DNA of 34,734 nucleotides from a virus (Duplodnaviria; Heunggongvirae; Uroviricota; Caudoviricetes): IMG/VR virus record IMGVR_UViG_2531839454_000020; one strand, 5' to 3'. Shown piece by piece: positions 33,796 to 34,734 of this stretch (position 1 is its first letter; each line of letters starts with the position of its first letter). The notes under the pieces were generated by a model. It saw only the letters and a program-made list of their open reading frames with translations, ran no database searches and was not told where the DNA came from. The position numbers and the translations under genes were made by a program.

Positions 33796-33921
33796 TTAAA
33801 AGTTGATGCTAATTACCAGACCAAACACAACCGCACCAATCAAATCAATCCAGTTAATACACAATCCGCTATATTCTTTCTTGAATGTCTTGGATGAAAT
33901 GCCATCATGAAATTGTTTCAT
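33796..33921 (-). CDS. small membrane peptide (41 aa)
   Basis: MKQFHDGISSKTFKKEYSGLCINWIDLIGAVVFGLVISINF; GGTGAG SD; C-terminal TM. Confidence 0.35.
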   Translation of the reverse strand: MKQFHDGISSKTFKKEYSGLCINWIDLIGAVVFGLVISINF

Positions 33922-33924
33922 TGC

Positions 33925-34005
33925 TCACCCCATACTAACGACAAGACAAGAAAGACTAATCATAGTTGTGAGACTACCTCCCACGAATGAGATAAAAGCT
34001 AACAT
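33925..34005 (-). CDS. hydrophobic micro-peptide (26 aa)
   Basis: MLAFISFVGGSLTTMISLSCLVVSMG; GGAGA SD; its stop lies within the SD region of the next ORF. Confidence 0.3.
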   Translation of the reverse strand: MLAFISFVGGSLTTMISLSCLVVSMG

Positions 34006-34062
34006 GTTTGATTCTCCAGTTTAAAAAGCGGTGGGAATTGCACCCACCAAATTAGAAATTAA

Positions 34063-34449
34063 TTAAGCGCGAACGATGGTCAGAGTATCCAGCAAACCTT
34101 TTTCGTATAATTCGAAACACGTTTTATATTGCTCAATCTGGAAACCATAGCGGGTGATCTTATTCAGTAGGACAATCGCGCTATTCTCATCTAGGTATTG
34201 TCCTTGCTGTCCAATGACATAAGTCTCGCGAGATAGTTTCAGCTTACGGAAACCTTTAACACCTAATTCCTTAGCAACCGCTTTAATCTCTTTAATCTCA
34301 CCCTCAGCCGCAACATATTCAGCGTCGATAATCTCAGGTGATGATCTCAGTGCTACCAGAACTAAGGCCATTGCTTCTTCTTCTGTACGCGCAACACCAG
34401 CTTTCTCGAAAGTCATCTCACCAAATTTACGAATCATGATATTGAACAT
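34063..34449 (-). CDS. hypothetical protein (128 aa)
   Basis: ORF with balanced composition in the minus-strand operon; no family recognised. Confidence 0.5.
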   Translation of the reverse strand: MFNIMIRKFGEMTFEKAGVARTEEEAMALVLVALRSSPEIIDAEYVAAEGEIKEIKAVAKELGVKGFRKLKLSRETYVIGQQGQYLDENSAIVLLNKITRYGFQIEQYKTCFELYEKGLLDTLTIVRA

Positions 34450-34461
34450 TGTTTTGCTGCC

Positions 34462-34734
34462 TTACTTCTTGCTGATAAACTCTTTAGCGATAAAGTTGAT
34501 TACTTCTTTCAGCTTCTTGTCTGTATCGATGCACGCTGGTAATTCTTCTTTAATATCCTGCGGCAGATACACATTGCCTTTAAAGTGGAGGAAACCATCA
34601 TTACCAATCATGTAGGAGAACATCCATTCACAATCGTTATCCGCTTCCCAGAACGCTACGGTCTCATCGCCAATCAAGGTAATGTCCATGTTGCGACGTG
34701 CTGCGTAGTTGATGATTGCTTTACCGATGTTCAT
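34462..34734 (-). CDS. hypothetical protein (at least 90 aa), possibly truncated at the window edge
   Basis: ATG coincides with the last bases of the window, so the true start may lie outside. Confidence 0.45.
   Translation of the reverse strand: MNIGKAIINYAARRNMDITLIGDETVAFWEADNDCEWMFSYMIGNDGFLHFKGNVYLPQDIKEELPACIDTDKKLKEVINFIAKEFISKK

Overview
This window is mostly a tailed-phage (siphovirus-type) morphogenesis and late-gene block on the + strand, flanked by accessory regions that carry the more unusual content. All calls come from reading the sequence and from recalled family motifs; no database search or computation was run. Left to right: the 5' end of an IS256-family transposase gene at the window edge; two small membrane peptides; a minus-strand block of hypothetical genes; a 1.25-kb non-coding region dense with direct and inverted repeats; a Rha-type regulator; a minus-strand cassette (HTH-rich nuclease-like gene plus small HTH paralog) sitting where a small terminase gene would be expected; large terminase, portal and a single-ORF prohead protease-scaffold-capsid fusion; an L-shaped-type tail fibre with C-terminal autoproteolytic chaperone followed by three tandem paralogous ~100-aa genes; major tail protein, G/T chaperones, tape measure, lambda-like distal tail genes and an I/J-type central fibre; small membrane proteins and an M15 endolysin; a GIY-YIG-like endonuclease; and a minus-strand operon ending in a large serine recombinase. 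The strongest candidates for something undescribed are the three-gene paralog array after the fibre gene, the repeat-rich non-coding region, and a conserved promoter/hairpin element found upstream of two unrelated genes.
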